Shown here piece by piece: positions 44,836-47,582 of a DNA stretch of 47,582 bases. The notes under the pieces are model-generated. The model searched no databases. It saw only the letters and a list, made by a program, of their open reading frames with translations, and was not told the origin of the DNA. The stretch spans positions 1 to 47,582 of the forward strand of contig JBKPNM010000090.1 of NCBI GenBank assembly GCA_046732615.1, in the 5' to 3' direction. Both the position numbers and the translations under genes were made by a program. Source of the DNA: Actinomycetota bacterium (GTDB lineage Bacteria > Actinomycetota > Thermoleophilia > Gaiellales > Gaiellaceae). Every line of letters begins with the position of its first letter. Within the stretch, counting starts at the first letter, position 1.

Positions 44836-46608
44836 ATGGAGCCCGCCCGCCTCGGCACGAGCAAGCGGAGGCCGCGGCGCGGCTCGGTCGAGCGCCCCGT
44901 CGACCTGCGGCTGGCGCGCAACCTGGCCGCCTGTCTCGTCGTGCCGCTCCTGCTCGTCGTCGTCACGATCGTCAGGCCCGGCCCGCTCCCGGCGCCGACG
45001 CTGCCCCCGGCGTTCGACGGAGCGACTGCGACGGCGCTGACGAGGGAGCTCGCGGCCAACAACGCGAGCCGCGTGCCGGGCTCGCTCGGCGCGGCGAATG
45101 CGGCCCAGTGGTTCCGCGACAAGCTCGCGCTCTACGGCCTTCCCGTGCGGGAGGACGTCTGGCGGGAGCACGTCCCCGGCGTCGGGCGCGTCGAGCTGCG
45201 CAACCTGGCCGCGGTGGTCGAGGGAACGCTCGACCAGACGATCGTCGTCGTTGCGCATCGAGACAACAACGGCCTCAGCGCGGGCGCCAACGGCAACGCG
45301 AGCGGCACCGCGGCGCTCGTCGAGCTTGCCCGTGCCTACGCGACCGCGGGGACGACCGAGTCGGCCCGGACGCCGCTGCACACGCTCGTCTTCCTCTCGA
45401 CGGACGGTGGCGCGTACGGCTCGCTCGGCGCGGCGCGCTTCGGCAAGCACTCGCCGCTCGCGCGGCGCGCGGTCGCCGTGGTCTCGCTCGACGGGATCGC
45501 CGGCACTGCCCCGACGCGGCTCGAGCTCGGCGGGCTCGGGTCGCACTCGCCGCCGCCCGCGCTCGTCCGCACCGCGGAAGCGCGGATCCAGGGGGAGACC
45601 GGCCGCGTGCCTGCCCAGCCGGGCTTCCTCCACCAGCTCGTCGCCCTCGCGCTCCCCTTCGCATTCGGCGAGCAGGCGCCGCTTCTCGGCGGCGGCGTCC
45701 CTGCTCTGCGGATCAGCACCGCGCCCGACGGCGGCACGCCGCCCGGCGGGGACGAGATCGCTGCGCTCGACGAGGCAAAGCTCGGGGCGCTCGGCCGGGC
45801 GTCCGAGTCGCTGCTCTCGTCGCTCGACGCGGCGGTCGAGCTCCCGACCACGACGGGCGGGGCGCTCTTCCTCGGAGAGCGTGCGATGCGCGGCTGGGCG
45901 CTGCAGCTCCTCCTCGTGGCGCTCGTCGTGCCGTTCGGCGGAGCCGCGATCGATCTGCTCTCCCGCTGCCGGCGGCGCCGGCTGCCGCTGGCTCCCGCAT
46001 GGCGCGCGCTTCGCCGTCGCGTCGGCCTCTGGATCGTGCTGCTCGCGCTGCTGGCCCTCGCAGCCGTCGCGGGAGCGCTCCCGCGCGATCCTCGCCTCCC
46101 GCCGCCGCCCGACCAGCCGCCGGTCGACGCATGGCCCGTCGGTGCCGCCGTGATCGGGGTCTTCGCGATCGTCGTCGTCTGGCTGCGCGCGCGGGCCCGG
46201 CTCATTCCTCGCGCCCGGGCGCGGCCGGAGGAAGATCTCGCGGCGTACGCCGTCGCGTTCCTGGCCCTCCTCGTCATCGCGGGCGGGACGGTGCTCGTGT
46301 CGCCGTATTCCCTCGTCTTCGTCGTGCCCTCCCTGTACGCCTGGCTGCTCCTGCCCCAGCTGCGTCGCGCGCCCGGTTGGGTCACCGACGTCGCGTACGG
46401 CGTGGGGCTCGTGGGTCCGGTGCTGGCGCTGGTGGTGCTCGCGGAGGCGCTCGACCTCGGCCTTCGCGCGCCGCTCTATGCCGCCTCGCTGCTGACGACG
46501 GGCGTCGTGCCGTGGGGCGCGACGCTGGCTCTGGCGGGCTGGGCGGCGGTGGCGAGCTTCGTCGGCGCGATCGCCGCGGGCCGCTACGCGCCGCCGAGCG
46601 GGAGGTAG
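44836..46608 (+). CDS. Membrane protein with an M28 peptidase-like extracellular domain and a multi-TM C-terminus
   Basis: N-terminal TM, NLAAVVEG, VVAHRD, GANGNASGTAALVELAR, then about 7-8 TM segments. Confidence 0.75.
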   Translation: MEPARLGTSKRRPRRGSVERPVDLRLARNLAACLVVPLLLVVVTIVRPGPLPAPTLPPAFDGATATALTRELAANNASRVPGSLGAANAAQWFRDKLALYGLPVREDVWREHVPGVGRVELRNLAAVVEGTLDQTIVVVAHRDNNGLSAGANGNASGTAALVELARAYATAGTTESARTPLHTLVFLSTDGGAYGSLGAARFGKHSPLARRAVAVVSLDGIAGTAPTRLELGGLGSHSPPPALVRTAEARIQGETGRVPAQPGFLHQLVALALPFAFGEQAPLLGGGVPALRISTAPDGGTPPGGDEIAALDEAKLGALGRASESLLSSLDAAVELPTTTGGALFLGERAMRGWALQLLLVALVVPFGGAAIDLLSRCRRRRLPLAPAWRALRRRVGLWIVLLALLALAAVAGALPRDPRLPPPPDQPPVDAWPVGAAVIGVFAIVVVWLRARARLIPRARARPEEDLAAYAVAFLALLVIAGGTVLVSPYSLVFVVPSLYAWLLLPQLRRAPGWVTDVAYGVGLVGPVLALVVLAEALDLGLRAPLYAASLLTTGVVPWGATLALAGWAAVASFVGAIAAGRYAPPSGR

Positions 46609-47582
46609 CGGACCTCGGCTCCCGCCGCCAGCTCGCCCTCGCCGCGCGGGACGTGAACGAGCGCATCGGCTGCGGCGGCGCGGACGATCATGTGCGACTC
46701 CTGGCCCTCGATCGGCAGCAGCATCGCGCGCTCGGCGTCGATGCGAAGCCGGGCGCGCTGGAAGTCGTCGCGGTGGGGGTTCCGCCGTGCGGGCGAGCCG
46801 AGCGTGGCGCGCTCGAACCGCGGCGCCGGGTCGATCGTCCCCTGGAGCGCGCGCAGCGCGGGGACGACGAAGAGCAGCGCGCCGACGAGCGACGAGACCG
46901 GGTTTCCCGGGAGCCCGAAGACGGCCGTTTCGCCCCGCGTCGCGAACGAGATCGGCTTGCCCGGCCGCATGGCGACGCCCCAGAAGACCTCTTCGGCGCC
47001 GAGCTCGGCGAGGATGCCGCGGACGAGGTCGTGCGGGCCGACGGAGACGCCGCCCGAGGTGACGAGGACGTCCGCCTCGAGCCCGCGGGTGAGCGCCTCC
47101 CTGTGCGACGCCTCGTCGTCGGCAACCGTCTGGCGCTCGAGCACGACGCCGTGCCGCTCGAGCAGCGCTGCGAGCATGACGCCGTTCGACTCGTAGATCT
47201 CGCCCTCGGCGAGCGGCTCGCCGGGCGGGCGCAGCTCCGTGCCCGTCGTGACGATCGCGATGCGAGGCAGCGCGGCACATCGCGGCTCGGCGACGCCGGC
47301 TGCGGCGAGGGCGGCGATGCGCGACGGGGTGAGCAGCGCGCCCGCGTGCAACACGAGCTCGCCTGCCCGCACGTCGGCGCCGAGCGGGCGGATGTTCGCC
47401 CCGTGGGCAACGGGTTCGGGAATCGTGACGGCCTCGTCCGCCTCGGTCACGAGCTCGATCGGGACGACGGCGTCGGCGCCGTCCGGGACGACGCCCCCGG
47501 TGGCAATCCCCATGGCCTCGCCGCCCTCGAGCGGCCGGGGTGCGGGCCGGCCGGCCGCGACGCGTGCGACGACGGGCAGCGT
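46584..47582 (-). CDS. moeA: Molybdopterin molybdotransferase (5' end outside the window)
   Basis: IATGG.VP.GADAVV, TTGTEL, IYESN, TSGGVSVG, MRPGKP, GLPGNPVS, QESH. Confidence 0.95.
   Translation of the reverse strand, partial: TLPVVARVAAGRPAPRPLEGGEAMGIATGGVVPDGADAVVPIELVTEADEAVTIPEPVAHGANIRPLGADVRAGELVLHAGALLTPSRIAALAAAGVAEPRCAALPRIAIVTTGTELRPPGEPLAEGEIYESNGVMLAALLERHGVVLERQTVADDEASHREALTRGLEADVLVTSGGVSVGPHDLVRGILAELGAEEVFWGVAMRPGKPISFATRGETAVFGLPGNPVSSLVGALLFVVPALRALQGTIDPAPRFERATLGSPARRNPHRDDFQRARLRIDAERAMLLPIEGQESHMIVRAAAADALVHVPRGEGELAAGAEVRYLPLGGA

Noticed and set aside
46584-46608. 25-bp convergent overlap of the M28-like gene and moeA
   Set aside because: Short tail-to-tail overlaps are ordinary in compact GC-rich genomes.
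118-47410. Many long Arg/Ala/Pro-rich ORFs in the six-frame track (e.g. 341-2326, 16003-18216, 21435-23543, 40045-42357, 44605-47280)
   Set aside because: Shadow frames of real genes in very GC-rich DNA; they show no family motifs and overlap well-supported CDSs.

Overview
A very GC-rich, gene-dense core-chromosome segment. It looks like a deep-branching actinobacterium (Thermoleophilia/Gaiella-like), inferred from gene content and many apparently leaderless TANNNT promoters. It carries about 55 genes: an IMPase/DUF1015/HD-nuclease/YchF/mce/clpP block, an ArsR-SRPBCC pair, NAD salvage genes (pncB/pncA-like), pabB/pabC-like genes, pgi and gnd, a TDO-like gene with an M20 hydrolase, rarA, an AhpE-like peroxiredoxin, a class III aminotransferase, an amidohydrolase, an F420/LLM oxidoreductase, tRNA-Phe(GAA), arginase, a DUF62 SAM hydrolase, and a long minus-strand run (RR-HK-htrA-otsA-aldH-moaC-ubiA-ccmABCD-ccsA-hemA-hemC-hemD), followed by an M28-like membrane protein and moeA. 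Several accessory genes are decayed. I found no integrase, transposase or CRISPR array. The most striking signal is non-coding: four dispersed copies (about 18.5, 21.3, 31.6 and 36.9 kb) of one promoter-like module. Each has 3-4 YGGCAC-type direct repeats at 11-bp phase, an exact 11-nt pyrimidine-rich spacer, a TASSGT -10 hexamer, and then a G-tract-rich leader that could form a G-quadruplex. Other non-coding signals are tandem palindromic operators between clpP and SRPBCC-ArsR, two 22-bp bidirectional leaderless promoters, and a pair of parS-like palindromes. All protein calls come from motif recognition by eye; no database search was run.
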